64,000 nt of DNA. It comes from Deltaproteobacteria bacterium. GTDB taxonomy: Bacteria > Myxococcota > Kuafuiibacteriia > Kuafuiibacteriales > Kuafuiibacteriaceae. Positions 30,749 to 40,656 of this stretch are shown piece by piece. The notes under the pieces are model-generated. The model was not told where the DNA came from and did no database searches. It was given only the letters and a program-made list of their open reading frames with translations. A program made the position numbers and the translations under genes. Location of the stretch: positions 160,001 to 224,000 of the forward strand of contig JAVJQW010000049.1 in assembly GCA_040218735.1 (NCBI GenBank), read 5' to 3'. Position 1 is the stretch's first letter. Each line of letters starts with the position of its first letter.

Positions 30749-32953
30749 TCACCGCTGATCGTGGCGGCGCTGCAGCGCGGCCGCGACCCGCACCGCCGGG
30801 GAGAAGCCCGGCTTCGCGGGGACCTCGGGGCGCACCGCCGTGCGCCCGCTGCTCGCGCGTTTCTTGGTCATCGCGATGAATGCGGCCTGCGCGCTGAGCG
30901 GCTCTTCGCCGTCGGCGGGGTGCACGTGTTGGTAGTCGCCGTTGGTGTCGAGCGTCCACGCGAACGTGTTGTCGGCCAGCTCGATCGGGAGGAGGTCCTC
31001 GGTGATCTTGCGCCGGATGTTCTCGTCGAGGACCGGGAAGCCGACCTCGATGCGCCGGTTGAGGTTGCGCGGCATCCAGTCTGCGCTCGACAGGTACACC
31101 TCGTCGTCGCCGCCGTTCTTCCACCAGAAGATCCGCGAGTGCTCCAGGAAGCGCCCGAGGATCGAACGCACGCGGATGTTCTCGCTGACCCCCGGCACGC
31201 CGGGGCGCAGGCAGCAGATCCCGCGGATGATGAGATCGACGGACACACCGGCGCGGCTCGCCTCGTACAGCTTCGCGATCACCTCGCCGTCCACGAGGGA
31301 GTTCATCTTCGCGACGATCCCCGCGGGGCGCCCGGCGCGTTTGTGCTCGATCTCGCGTTCGATCATCGCGAGCGTGCGCCGCCGAAGCGTGAACGGGGCG
31401 ACCACGAGGTGCGCCATCTTCGGGAGCTCGGCGTAGCCGGTGAGCACGTTGAACAGGAGCATCGCGTCGCGCGTGATCTCCTCCTGCGCGGTGAAGAGCC
31501 CGAGGTCCGTGTACAGGCGCGCCGTCGACGGGTTGTAGTTGCCGGTCGACAGGTGGAGGTAGCGCTTCAGCTTGTCACCCTCGCGGCGCGTGACGAGCAG
31601 CAGCTTGCAGTGGGTCTTCAGACCGATGAGCCCGTACACCACGTGCACGCCGCTCTCCTCGAGCTCCATCGCCCACGCGATGTTGTTCGCCTCGTCGAAG
31701 CGCGCCTTCAGCTCGACGAGCGCGGTGACCTGTTTGCCCTTCTCGGCGGCGCGCATCAGCGCGCGGACGATCGGCGAGTCACCGCTCGTGCGGTACAGCG
31801 TCTGTTTGATCGCGACGACGTCCGGGTCCGACGCCGCCTGATCGATGAAGTCCACGACATGCCGGAACGAGTGGTACGGGTGCTGGAGCAGGATGTCGCG
31901 CTCGGCGATCGACCGGAAGATCGTGGGCGCGTAGCTCAGGCGCTGCATCTGCGCGGGCGTGAACGGGTCGTCGCGCAGGTGCGGGGCTTTCACGCCGCCG
32001 TACACCTTCATCAGCTCGGCCTTTGCGACGAGGCCGCGGATGCGGACGACCTGCCGCGGCTTCACGCCGATCAGCTCGGCGAGCTGGGTGGTGAGCTCCT
32101 CGGAGGCGTCGTCGGAGATGTCGAGACGCACCGGCTCGCCGCGGTCGCGGCGGCGGAGCTCGTCCTGAATCGTGGACAGGAGGTTTTCGGCTTCGTCTTC
32201 GGCGATGTCGAGATCACTCGCGCGCATCACGCGGAAGGGGCTCGCCTCCAGGATGTCGTAGCCGGGGAAGAGCTGCCCGACGAAACACTTGATGACCCCT
32301 TCGAGCGCGAGGAAACGGAAGCGCTTCTTCGCGGCGGGGAAGGGCGCGAAGCGCGGGAGCACCGACGGCACCTGCACGATCGCGAGCAGCTCGCCGCTCG
32401 GCTGTTCGAACCGCGCGTGTTTCTTTGCCGGCATCCGGTTCTTCACGCGGAGGGCGAGGTTGAGCGACCCGTTGCGGAGGTTCGGGAACGGGTGCGCCGT
32501 GTCGATCGCGATCGGCGTTAGGCACGGGTGCACCTCGCGCTCGTAGAAGGCGAGGGCGTCGGCTTCGATCGATTCGTCGAACTGCTTCGGCCCGAGGATG
32601 TGGATGCCGCTCGCTTCGAGCGCGGGGAGGACCTCGTCGTCCAGGATGTTGGAGAGGTCCGCGATGAGCGTGGTGGCGCGCGTCCAGACCTCGCGGAGGA
32701 GGACTTCGAGCTCCAGGCCGTCGGGGCCCATCTCGAAGGCGTCGTCGTCGGCGCGCGCGTGGCGCTCGAGGCCGCCGACGCGAACCATGAAGAACTCGTC
32801 GAGGTTCGAGGACGCGATCGCGATGAACTTGAGGCGCTCCAGGACGGGGACGTCGGACCGGCGCGCGAGGTCGAGGACACGTCGGTTGAAGTCCAACCAC
32901 GACAGCTCGCGGTTGATGAACAGATGCGGTGACAACAGATCGACGTCGTCCAA
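30749..32953 (-). CDS. ppk1: Polyphosphate kinase 1
   Basis: FINRELSWLDFN, SSNLDEFFMVRV, HPYHSF, KARFDEANNI, LKTHCK, STGNYN, FLEHSRI, SADWMPRNL. Probable TTG start at 32953. Confidence 0.96.
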   Translation of the reverse strand: MDDVDLLSPHLFINRELSWLDFNRRVLDLARRSDVPVLERLKFIAIASSNLDEFFMVRVGGLERHARADDDAFEMGPDGLELEVLLREVWTRATTLIADLSNILDDEVLPALEASGIHILGPKQFDESIEADALAFYEREVHPCLTPIAIDTAHPFPNLRNGSLNLALRVKNRMPAKKHARFEQPSGELLAIVQVPSVLPRFAPFPAAKKRFRFLALEGVIKCFVGQLFPGYDILEASPFRVMRASDLDIAEDEAENLLSTIQDELRRRDRGEPVRLDISDDASEELTTQLAELIGVKPRQVVRIRGLVAKAELMKVYGGVKAPHLRDDPFTPAQMQRLSYAPTIFRSIAERDILLQHPYHSFRHVVDFIDQAASDPDVVAIKQTLYRTSGDSPIVRALMRAAEKGKQVTALVELKARFDEANNIAWAMELEESGVHVVYGLIGLKTHCKLLLVTRREGDKLKRYLHLSTGNYNPSTARLYTDLGLFTAQEEITRDAMLLFNVLTGYAELPKMAHLVVAPFTLRRRTLAMIEREIEHKRAGRPAGIVAKMNSLVDGEVIAKLYEASRAGVSVDLIIRGICCLRPGVPGVSENIRVRSILGRFLEHSRIFWWKNGGDDEVYLSSADWMPRNLNRRIEVGFPVLDENIRRKITEDLLPIELADNTFAWTLDTNGDYQHVHPADGEEPLSAQAAFIAMTKKRASSGRTAVRPEVPAKPGFSPAVRVAAALQRRHDQR

Positions 32954-32998
32954 AGCGGGCGTAGGGTACCAGAGCGAACCGAGGTACGGTGCGCCGAG

Positions 32999-35017
32999 AT
33001 GGTGACCCCGCTGACGGCTGAGGCGCTCCTCGGTGAAGGGGGGGCGGCGGATCGGGTGCTCCCGGGCTGGGAGGCGCGGCCCGAGCAGATCCGCATGGCG
33101 GAGGCGGTCCAGGCCAAGCTCGACGAGGGGGGCGTCGCGATCGTCGAGGCCCCCACGGGGGTCGGGAAGACACTGGCCTATCTGGTCCCGGCGGCGCTGA
33201 GCGGTCGGCGCGTCATCGTCTCGACGAACACCAAGACGCTGCAGGATCAGATCGTCGACAAGGATCTGGTGCGGCTGCGCGCGATCCTCGGCGAGGCGGG
33301 GTTGGAGCTGTCGCGCGCGACGGCGGACGACGTGACGCCGCAGCACCCCGAGCGCGTGCGTTACGCGCTGATGAAGGGGCGGGCGAACTACCTGTGCATC
33401 GATCGCCTCCAGGCGAAGACGCGGCAGCGCACGTTCGACTTCGACGACTACGATCTGATGCGCGAGATCCGCGAGTGGTCGGAGGTGACGGAGCGCGGCG
33501 ACCGCAGCGAGCTCGTGGGGCTCCCGGAGCGGTCGATGCTGTGGGACGGCCTCGACGCGCGCTCGGAGACCTGCAAGGGCAAGCGCTGCGAAAACTACGA
33601 CGCGTGTTGGGTGGTGCGGATGCGGCGCGAGGCGGAGAACGCCGAGCTCATCATCGTGAACCACCACCTGCTCCTGGCGGACCTGTCGATGCAGGCGGCG
33701 CAGATGCTCTCGGGGGACGGTCGCACGTTCGGGGAGATCATCCCGCCCGCCGACGCGCTGATCGTCGACGAGGCGCACGCGTTGGAGGAGATCGCGACGG
33801 ACTACTTCGGCGGCTCGTTGTCCACGAAGAAGCTCGATCGGCTCGTCGCGGATCTGTCGGCGTTCGGCTCGACGCGCGATGGCCGGTTCGCCGCGCGGCT
33901 CGTGGCGGCGACGGCGCGCGTGGGCGCGTCTTCGTCGAGGGTCTTCGGCGCGCTGCCGAAGGGCGACGGGCGCGTGCGCGCGAAGCAGGGGGAGTCGCCG
34001 TTCGAGCCGGCGCGACGGGTGTTGCCGGACGCGGAGCGGGACCTCGACGAGGTCGTCCAGCTCGTCGACGAGGTCGCGGGGTACGACCCGGCGGCGGACG
34101 CGTTGTCGCGACGAACGCGGGAGATGGCGGACGCGATCGGGTTCGTGCTGCGTGCGGAGGACGACGACTACGTCTACTGGTCGGAGCGGAAGAACAAGGT
34201 GGTGACGATGGGCGCCTCGCCGATCGACGTGGCGAGCCTCTTGTCGCGGTTTTTGTTCGATCGGTTCGCCGCGGTGGCGTTGACGAGCGCGACGCTCAGC
34301 ACGGGGCGCGAGGACACGCGCTTCTTCTCGCGTGCGGTGGGTGCGCCCGAGGACGCCGATGCGCTGGTGCTCGGGTCACCCTTCGACTTCGCGAAGCAGT
34401 CATTGTTGTTCGTCCCGCACGACGCGCCGGAGGGGAACCAGCGCGACGCCACCGAGCTCGGGGCGGAGATCGCGAAGACGTTGATCGACACGGTCGGCGG
34501 CGGCGCGCTGTACCTGTTCACGAGTTACCGCGCGATGCACGCGGCGCACCGGATGCTCGCGCACCGGCTCGACTACCCGGTGTTCATGCAGGGCGACAAA
34601 CCGAAGCGCGAGCTCATCGCGGGGTTCGTCGCGCAGGCGCCGGCGGTGTTGTTCGCGACGGCGAGCTTCTGGGAGGGCGTCGACGTCCCGGGGGCGGCCC
34701 TGCAGATCGTGCTGATGGACCGGCTCCCGTTCGACCCGCCGAACGACCCGCTCGCGGTGGCGCGCGGCGAGCGGCTCGAGGCGCGGGGGAAGAGTGCGTT
34801 CTCCGCCTACTTCGTCCCGCGCGCGATCCTGCGGTTGAAGCAGGGCTTCGGGCGATTGGTGCGCACGAAGCAGGACCGCGGGGTGGTCGCGATCCTCGAT
34901 CGACGGATCCTCAGCCGCGGCTACGGGCGGCGCTTCCTCGCGGCGCTCCCCAACGCGCGGCGGGTGTCGCACCTCGAAGACGTCGAGCAGTGGTGGCGGG
35001 ACACCCCCGGCGCCTGA
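32999..35017 (+). CDS. DinG/YoaA family Fe-S DNA helicase
   Basis: RPEQ Q-motif, EAPTGVGKT, KGRANYLC plus three more Cys, DEAH, TSATL, SFWEGVDVPG, QGFGRLVR. Confidence 0.95.
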   Translation: MVTPLTAEALLGEGGAADRVLPGWEARPEQIRMAEAVQAKLDEGGVAIVEAPTGVGKTLAYLVPAALSGRRVIVSTNTKTLQDQIVDKDLVRLRAILGEAGLELSRATADDVTPQHPERVRYALMKGRANYLCIDRLQAKTRQRTFDFDDYDLMREIREWSEVTERGDRSELVGLPERSMLWDGLDARSETCKGKRCENYDACWVVRMRREAENAELIIVNHHLLLADLSMQAAQMLSGDGRTFGEIIPPADALIVDEAHALEEIATDYFGGSLSTKKLDRLVADLSAFGSTRDGRFAARLVAATARVGASSSRVFGALPKGDGRVRAKQGESPFEPARRVLPDAERDLDEVVQLVDEVAGYDPAADALSRRTREMADAIGFVLRAEDDDYVYWSERKNKVVTMGASPIDVASLLSRFLFDRFAAVALTSATLSTGREDTRFFSRAVGAPEDADALVLGSPFDFAKQSLLFVPHDAPEGNQRDATELGAEIAKTLIDTVGGGALYLFTSYRAMHAAHRMLAHRLDYPVFMQGDKPKRELIAGFVAQAPAVLFATASFWEGVDVPGAALQIVLMDRLPFDPPNDPLAVARGERLEARGKSAFSAYFVPRAILRLKQGFGRLVRTKQDRGVVAILDRRILSRGYGRRFLAALPNARRVSHLEDVEQWWRDTPGA

Positions 35018-35054
35018 CTTGCGTTCGAGTCCGGGGCCTGGGTAACACAGGCGC

Positions 35055-37466
35055 GTGGGGGATCGCGCGCCAGTCGAAGTGTCCGGTGAAGACTTCGGAC
35101 CGCTCCCGGAGCGCCTCCCGCTGCTGCCGATTCGCGACCTCGTCGTCTTCCCGTACATGGTCGTGCCGCTGTTCGTGAGCCGCGATGTCTCGATCGGTGC
35201 GATCGAGGAGGCGCAGGCGGCGGACGGGTTGATGTTCCTCGCGGCGCAGAAGATGACCTCGAAGGACGCGCCGTTCTCGGACGACGTCTACGCGGTCGGC
35301 ACCATCGGCAAGGTGCTGCGCGTGAAGCGGCTCGCGGACGGACAGATCAAGCTGCTCGTGCAAGGGCTACGGCGCGCGCGCATCGACGACTGGATCCAGG
35401 AGCGCCCCACGATGGCGGTGCGCGCGTCGGCGCTCGAGGATGCGGTCTCTAAGGACCAGCAGTTCGAGGTCGAGGCGTTGATCCGCGAGGTGCACGACTC
35501 GCTGAAGGCGCTGAACGACGCCGGGCGTGGGCTGCCGAAGGACGTCATGAACGTGATGCTCGGGCTGACGGAGCCGGGCGCGCTCGCGGATCTCGTCGCT
35601 TCGAACCTCGGGTTGAAGGTGGCGGACGCGCAGCAGGTGTTGTCGGCGGGGCCGCCGCTCGAGCGGCTGAAACACGTGAACGAGGCGCTGACCAAGGAGC
35701 TCGAAGTCCTCACGTGGCAGCAGAAGATCCAGTCGCAGGCGAAGGAGGAGATGTCGCGCGCGCAGCGCGAGTACTTCCTGAGGGAGCAGCTCAAGCAGAT
35801 CCAGAACGAGCTGGGGGACCTCGACTCGAAGGACGAAGACCTCCGGTCGCTGCGCTCGCGCCTCGACGAGGCGGGGCTGTCGCCGGACGCGCAGGCGGAG
35901 GCGAACAAACAGCTTCGGCGGCTCGAGTCGATGAACGCGGACTCCGCGGAGTCGTCGGTGGTGCGCACGTACCTGGAGTGGCTCGCGGACCTGCCGTGGT
36001 CGGCCGCCGCGCCGGACGCGGTGGACCTGAAGGCGGCGCTCGCGACGTTGGACGCGGACCACCACGGGCTGGAGGCGGTGAAGGATCGCATCCTCGAGTA
36101 CATGGCGGTGCTCGGGCTGAAGGGGGACATGAAGGGCCCCATCCTGTGTTTCGTCGGTCCGCCGGGCGTCGGTAAGACGAGCCTCGGGCGCAGCATCGCG
36201 CGCGCGTTGTCGCGGCCGTTCGTGCGGGTGTCGCTCGGGGGTGTGCACGACGAGTCGGAGATCCGCGGGCACCGCCGGACGTACGTCGGCGCGATGCCGG
36301 GGCGGATCATCGGTGGGTTGAAGCAGGCCGGGGCGAACAACCCAGTGTTCATGCTCGACGAGCTCGACAAGGTCGGGACGGACGCGCGCGGAGATCCGGC
36401 GTCGGCGCTGTTGGAGGTGCTCGACCCCGAGCAGAACGACGGGTTCACCGACCACTATCTGAACCTGCCGTTCGATCTGTCGCGGGTGTTGTGGCTCGGC
36501 ACGGCGAACGTGGTGGACCGCATCCCGGCGCCGTTGCGCGACCGGATGGAGATCATCCAGCTCCCCGGCTACGACGCCGAGGACAAGCTACACATCGCGG
36601 AGCAGTACCTGGTGCCGAAGCAGCTGGAGCGGGCGGGGCTGTCCTCGGAGCAGATCCACATCTCGAAGGCGGCGCTGGAGGCGATCGTCGATCGCTATAC
36701 GCGTGAGGCGGGGTTGCGTTCGCTGGAGCGGCAGCTCGCGAAGATCGCGCGGAAGGTGGCGCGCTCGGTCGCCGAGGGGCGCAAGCGCCCGGCGCGGGTG
36801 ACGACGCAGAAGCTCGAGAAGTACCTCGGCCCGCGGCGCCACGATCCGGAGCGCCCCGATCACGAGGATCGCGTCGGCTTGGCGACGGGGCTGGCGTGGA
36901 CGGAGGCGGGTGGCTCCATCCTGCACGTCGAGGCGACGATCATGCGCGGCAAGCCGGGTCTCACGCTCACGGGGCAGCTCGGCGCGGTGATGAAGGAGTC
37001 GGCGCAGGCGGCGCTGTCCTGCGCGCGCTCGCGGATGGCGATGTACGGCATCGACGAGGACGTGCTGTCGAACCAGGAGCTGCACGTGCACGTCCCGCAC
37101 GGCGCGATCCCGAAGGACGGCCCCTCGGCTGGCATCACGATGGCGGTGGCGATCCTGTCGCTGCTGATGGGGCGGCCGATTCGGCGCGACGTCGCGATGA
37201 CCGGGGAGATCACTTTGCGCGGGCGCGTGCTCCCGGTGGGCGGGTTGCGTCAGAAGCTCTTGGCCGCGGCGCGCGCGGGTGTGAACGAGGTGATCGTCCC
37301 GGCGGCGAACGAACCGGACCTCAAGGAGATCCCTTCGCGCCTGTTGTCGCGCGTGAAGGTGCACCCGGTGAAGGAGCTCGAAGAGGTCCTCCAGATCGCG
37401 GTGCTCGGCTTTTCACCCCCGAAGCGCCCGGAGTCGGAGCGCGGCGCTCGGGTTGGGTGGGCCTGA
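35055..37466 (+). CDS. lon: ATP-dependent Lon protease
   Basis: [36 protein letters not shown] catalytic Ser, VGGLRQK. Confidence 0.97.
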   Translation: MGDRAPVEVSGEDFGPLPERLPLLPIRDLVVFPYMVVPLFVSRDVSIGAIEEAQAADGLMFLAAQKMTSKDAPFSDDVYAVGTIGKVLRVKRLADGQIKLLVQGLRRARIDDWIQERPTMAVRASALEDAVSKDQQFEVEALIREVHDSLKALNDAGRGLPKDVMNVMLGLTEPGALADLVASNLGLKVADAQQVLSAGPPLERLKHVNEALTKELEVLTWQQKIQSQAKEEMSRAQREYFLREQLKQIQNELGDLDSKDEDLRSLRSRLDEAGLSPDAQAEANKQLRRLESMNADSAESSVVRTYLEWLADLPWSAAAPDAVDLKAALATLDADHHGLEAVKDRILEYMAVLGLKGDMKGPILCFVGPPGVGKTSLGRSIARALSRPFVRVSLGGVHDESEIRGHRRTYVGAMPGRIIGGLKQAGANNPVFMLDELDKVGTDARGDPASALLEVLDPEQNDGFTDHYLNLPFDLSRVLWLGTANVVDRIPAPLRDRMEIIQLPGYDAEDKLHIAEQYLVPKQLERAGLSSEQIHISKAALEAIVDRYTREAGLRSLERQLAKIARKVARSVAEGRKRPARVTTQKLEKYLGPRRHDPERPDHEDRVGLATGLAWTEAGGSILHVEATIMRGKPGLTLTGQLGAVMKESAQAALSCARSRMAMYGIDEDVLSNQELHVHVPHGAIPKDGPSAGITMAVAILSLLMGRPIRRDVAMTGEITLRGRVLPVGGLRQKLLAAARAGVNEVIVPAANEPDLKEIPSRLLSRVKVHPVKELEEVLQIAVLGFSPPKRPESERGARVGWA

Positions 37467-37506
37467 GACGAATCAAGCGTCCGAAATGACCAGAAGCGCT
37501 CGACGG

Positions 37507-38502
37507 TCAGTCCGTCGAACCGGCGGTGAGCGCGGCGGTCTGGTCCCCGGGGCCGTCGCGGAAGCGGGTCACGGCGTTCTTCACCGGGGGCACCGTCCGT
37601 AGGTAGTCGTAGATCGCGCCGAGGTCCTCCTCGGACATCCCCGCGTACGACGTCCACGGCATGATGGTCTGACCGTCTCCCGGGTCGAGCTTCGGGAGGC
37701 TGTCCGCGTCCGCGAAGGCCTTGAAGCGGCCGATGAAGCGCTCGCGGCTCCACGCGCCAATGCCGGTGTCGACGTCCGGCGTGATGTTCGCCGACGTCAC
37801 GTGCATGCCCAGCACGGAGACGTCGAAGTCGAAGCCCCCGGCGAGCATCCGGCCGGGGACCGGTCCGTTGGCGTCCTGCACCGTGTGGCAGTCGTGGCAG
37901 CTCGCGGACTCGAGGAGGTACTGGCCGTAGGCGATGGTGTCCTTCCGATCCGGGCAGTCCTCGCGGAGAGCGAACGTCCCCGTTGGGCCGGCGGGCGCGT
38001 CCCAAGGGATGTCGAGCGCGCGCGGTGGGACGGTGAAGTCGATGGGTTCGAGCGCACGCAGCCACGCGAGGATCGCCTCCAGGTCGCTTCGGCACATCTT
38101 TCGGAGCTGGAGGTAGGGCATGAGCGGGAACAAGGCGTCGCCCCGCGGCCCGACCCCTGCGGTCATCGCCCGTAGGATCTGTTCGTCGCTGAACGTGCCG
38201 AGCGCCGCCGGCGTGATGTTTCGCGCGAACACCGTCCCGGGGATCCCCATTTCACGCGTAAAGGGGGCTCCTCCTTTGCCTGCGGTGCCGCGAACCGGTG
38301 GGCCTGCGAACCGGGAGAAGTCGCGGTCGGAGTGGCAGTCGACGCAGATGGCGACGCTGTGCGCGAGGTACTCACCGCGGACGAGCTTGTCGGCGGTGGG
38401 TACGTGGTGGTTCGTGGCGGGCTGCTCCGACGAACCCACGCAGGCGGTCATGATCAGCGCGAACGCGCAAGAGAGTGAGTAGAGAGGAGTAGTAAGCTTC
38501 AT
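37507..38502 (-). CDS. Dihaem cytochrome c lipoprotein
   Basis: Lipobox MTA-C, CVDCH and CHDCH haem motifs, two NITP...MP(Y/W) repeats. Confidence 0.88.
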   Translation of the reverse strand: MKLTTPLYSLSCAFALIMTACVGSSEQPATNHHVPTADKLVRGEYLAHSVAICVDCHSDRDFSRFAGPPVRGTAGKGGAPFTREMGIPGTVFARNITPAALGTFSDEQILRAMTAGVGPRGDALFPLMPYLQLRKMCRSDLEAILAWLRALEPIDFTVPPRALDIPWDAPAGPTGTFALREDCPDRKDTIAYGQYLLESASCHDCHTVQDANGPVPGRMLAGGFDFDVSVLGMHVTSANITPDVDTGIGAWSRERFIGRFKAFADADSLPKLDPGDGQTIMPWTSYAGMSEEDLGAIYDYLRTVPPVKNAVTRFRDGPGDQTAALTAGSTD

Positions 38503-38559
38503 GCTCGTAAAGTGCACGAAGTCGCGAGACCGCGATCCTGAGTTGTTACTGAGGATAGA

Positions 38560-39921
38560 CTAACTATTTACTAAGTCGGAGGCGGAGCTTCGTTCCGTGA
38601 GCGTGATCGCGGAGGAGACGACCAGCGTGAACTTACCCCGCCCCGATGAAACGATGCGCACGTCTGGGCACTTGTCGTTCAGGCGCCTGCGCAAGAGAAT
38701 CAGTCGACTCTCGAGGTTGTCCTTGATCGGCGGGAGGCCCAGCGATGGGTCGAGACGGAGCTCACGGTTCGAAAAGTCCGTGCGCCCCTCGCGACGGTAC
38801 GCCGAGAGGACCTTCCACAGGATCTTCGCCGGGACGTTGCGGATGAGGTACTCGCCGTCCACGAAGATGCAGTCGTCGTTCTTGTACAGACAGAACGAGC
38901 GGGCCGTCGTGCGCTGCTCGGCGGGCTCTTCGGTTTCGACGTTCGAGAGACGTTCGATCGCCGTCGCGATCTGGTTGCCGACGATGCTGATGAACGCTTC
39001 GTGCCACTGCGTGAGCGCGGCCGGGCGCCGGCTCTCCACCGCGAGGACGCCAACCAGCTGACACCCGACGAGCAACGGGACGGCGAGCTCACTCTCGGCG
39101 TCCGGGAGGCCACAGATCGGGACTTCGGACGTCACGGCGTCGCGGAGAGTGCGGCGGATCGCACGTCGATACCGGAGCTCGGTGCCGACCTCCATTCGGA
39201 GCGGCCGCTTCTGGCGCGCGGCGGCGCCGATCACGCCCACACCGAACGGGACGACGGCGCCAACCCCATCGTGAGCGTAACCGCGGCTGGCGAGTGTGAC
39301 GAGACGATCCCCCGTGTCGTCCGGAATGAGGATGATCGTGTGGTCGAAGCCGAAGAGAGCTCCGAGGGTCTCCAGCGTCGTGGCCAGAAGCTCCTCGAGG
39401 TCGCTCGCGCGGTTGATGCGGTCGGAGATGATCTGCAACGACCGCAACTCACCCACCGGGTCGTTGCGTGGGACGCTGAGTGCAATCGGGGCGGCCAGGT
39501 CTTCCGGTGTCGGCGGTCGCAGGAATCCGGGGACGGCTTGGACGTCCAGCACCTCGCAGATATCTGCGCTTCGGAGCCGAAACACTCCGGCCATGCCCGT
39601 CTGTGCGGCGATCGCATCGATGCGGCCCGACATGGTGTCGAACAGCGGGCCGTCGGTCTCCGAGCGCTCGAAACGCAGCTTCAAGCGGTAGGCTTCGAAG
39701 GTCAGCGGGTCGTAGACTTCGACGCGCGCGTATGGGTTCTCGCGGAGGTTCTTCGCGGTCTTGTTGAAGAACTGACAACTCAGCGCGACGTGGTTTGCGT
39801 CGACGTAATGGAGCTCACTCACATAGGTGATGTTGGGGAGCCCGCCGGCAGAGCACGTCGCGATGACGTTCGGGACGACACCGTGGAAGCACTGGACGAT
39901 CCGGTCGAGCGGGATACTCAC
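38560..39921 (-). CDS. PNPOx-like + GAF + winged-helix putative transcriptional regulator
   Basis: N-terminal IATCSAGGLPNITYVS...FFNKTAKNLRENP (split-barrel), central GAF (GVGVIGAAA...AVPLLVG..LVGVL), C-terminal FSNRELRLDP...NLESRLILLRRRL. GTG start at 39921. Confidence 0.8.
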   Translation of the reverse strand: MSIPLDRIVQCFHGVVPNVIATCSAGGLPNITYVSELHYVDANHVALSCQFFNKTAKNLRENPYARVEVYDPLTFEAYRLKLRFERSETDGPLFDTMSGRIDAIAAQTGMAGVFRLRSADICEVLDVQAVPGFLRPPTPEDLAAPIALSVPRNDPVGELRSLQIISDRINRASDLEELLATTLETLGALFGFDHTIILIPDDTGDRLVTLASRGYAHDGVGAVVPFGVGVIGAAARQKRPLRMEVGTELRYRRAIRRTLRDAVTSEVPICGLPDAESELAVPLLVGCQLVGVLAVESRRPAALTQWHEAFISIVGNQIATAIERLSNVETEEPAEQRTTARSFCLYKNDDCIFVDGEYLIRNVPAKILWKVLSAYRREGRTDFSNRELRLDPSLGLPPIKDNLESRLILLRRRLNDKCPDVRIVSSGRGKFTLVVSSAITLTERSSASDLVNS

Positions 39922-40349
39922 GACCCGACCTCGTTCAGTCGCTGCCCCGCGCGTGAGCCGGGGGTCTGGTCGAAGACGGCGTCGACGGTGCACTCGACGG
40001 CGTAGGCTGGCCATGTCGACATACGACGACTGATGCGCCGCGGCAGGCCGATCGACTCGAGCTCGACGACCAAGCGGTCGTGATACGCCTGAACCGTCGC
40101 CTGCTCCGACGCCTCCGCGACCCGAATGCTCCGCAGCATCCCCTTGAACTGGATCGACTCGTGCGTCGAGGGCCTCGTCACGACGACCGCGACGATCTTC
40201 GAGGTCTCCAGCGCGGCGTGCAGCTCCGTCGAAGTGGCGACGGGCAAGTAGACCGTCATGGACGCTCCGTCGGGCGCGACCACGATGCCGCAGGCCCGGG
40301 TCTCGCTGGGCATGAGCGAGCCATCTCGGCTCGTGGCCAAGACCGACAC
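39918..40349 (-). CDS. Stand-alone PNPOx-like (FMN split-barrel) protein
   Basis: LATSRDGSLMP, THESIQFKG, FDQTPGSRAG. Overlaps the GAF gene (GTGA). Start uncertain. Confidence 0.75.
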   Translation of the reverse strand: MSVLATSRDGSLMPSETRACGIVVAPDGASMTVYLPVATSTELHAALETSKIVAVVVTRPSTHESIQFKGMLRSIRVAEASEQATVQAYHDRLVVELESIGLPRRISRRMSTWPAYAVECTVDAVFDQTPGSRAGQRLNEVGS

Positions 40350-40514
40350 CCCCTGCGCGAGGAGCGCCGTGAGGCGCTCGTGGAGCTCCCGATCCGTAGG
40401 TGGAACGCTACGCCCTCGCCGCGGCGGAATCGAGCGAAATCGTCTCGAGCTCGTCCGTCTGCGTCAGGATTCACACCCTGGAGCGCGTCGGACGGTTCGC
40501 TTCTGCCCGCGTGT

Positions 40515-40619
40515 TCAGTCGACGGTGTTCCAGCGACGGAAACGTTCGATGTCGCCGTCGGCGTGCACGAGGACGCCGTAGAGCCGGCTCTTGCAGACCT
40601 CACCTAAGAAGATCCTCAC
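40515..40619 (-). pseudogene. 34-codon ORF or 3' gene remnant (VRIFLGEVCKSRLYGVLVHADGDIERFRRWNTVD)
   Basis: Strong GC3 bias over the last ~28 codons ending in TGA; the 5' end is atypical. Confidence 0.35.
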
Positions 40620-40656
40620 CGCGTTTGTGTGATGTCGGGGGCGCTGTCGGTGGGGT

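Noticed and set aside
32999-35017. DinG as part of a type IV CRISPR or other defence system
   Set aside because: Housekeeping context (ppk1, lon); no csf genes or array.
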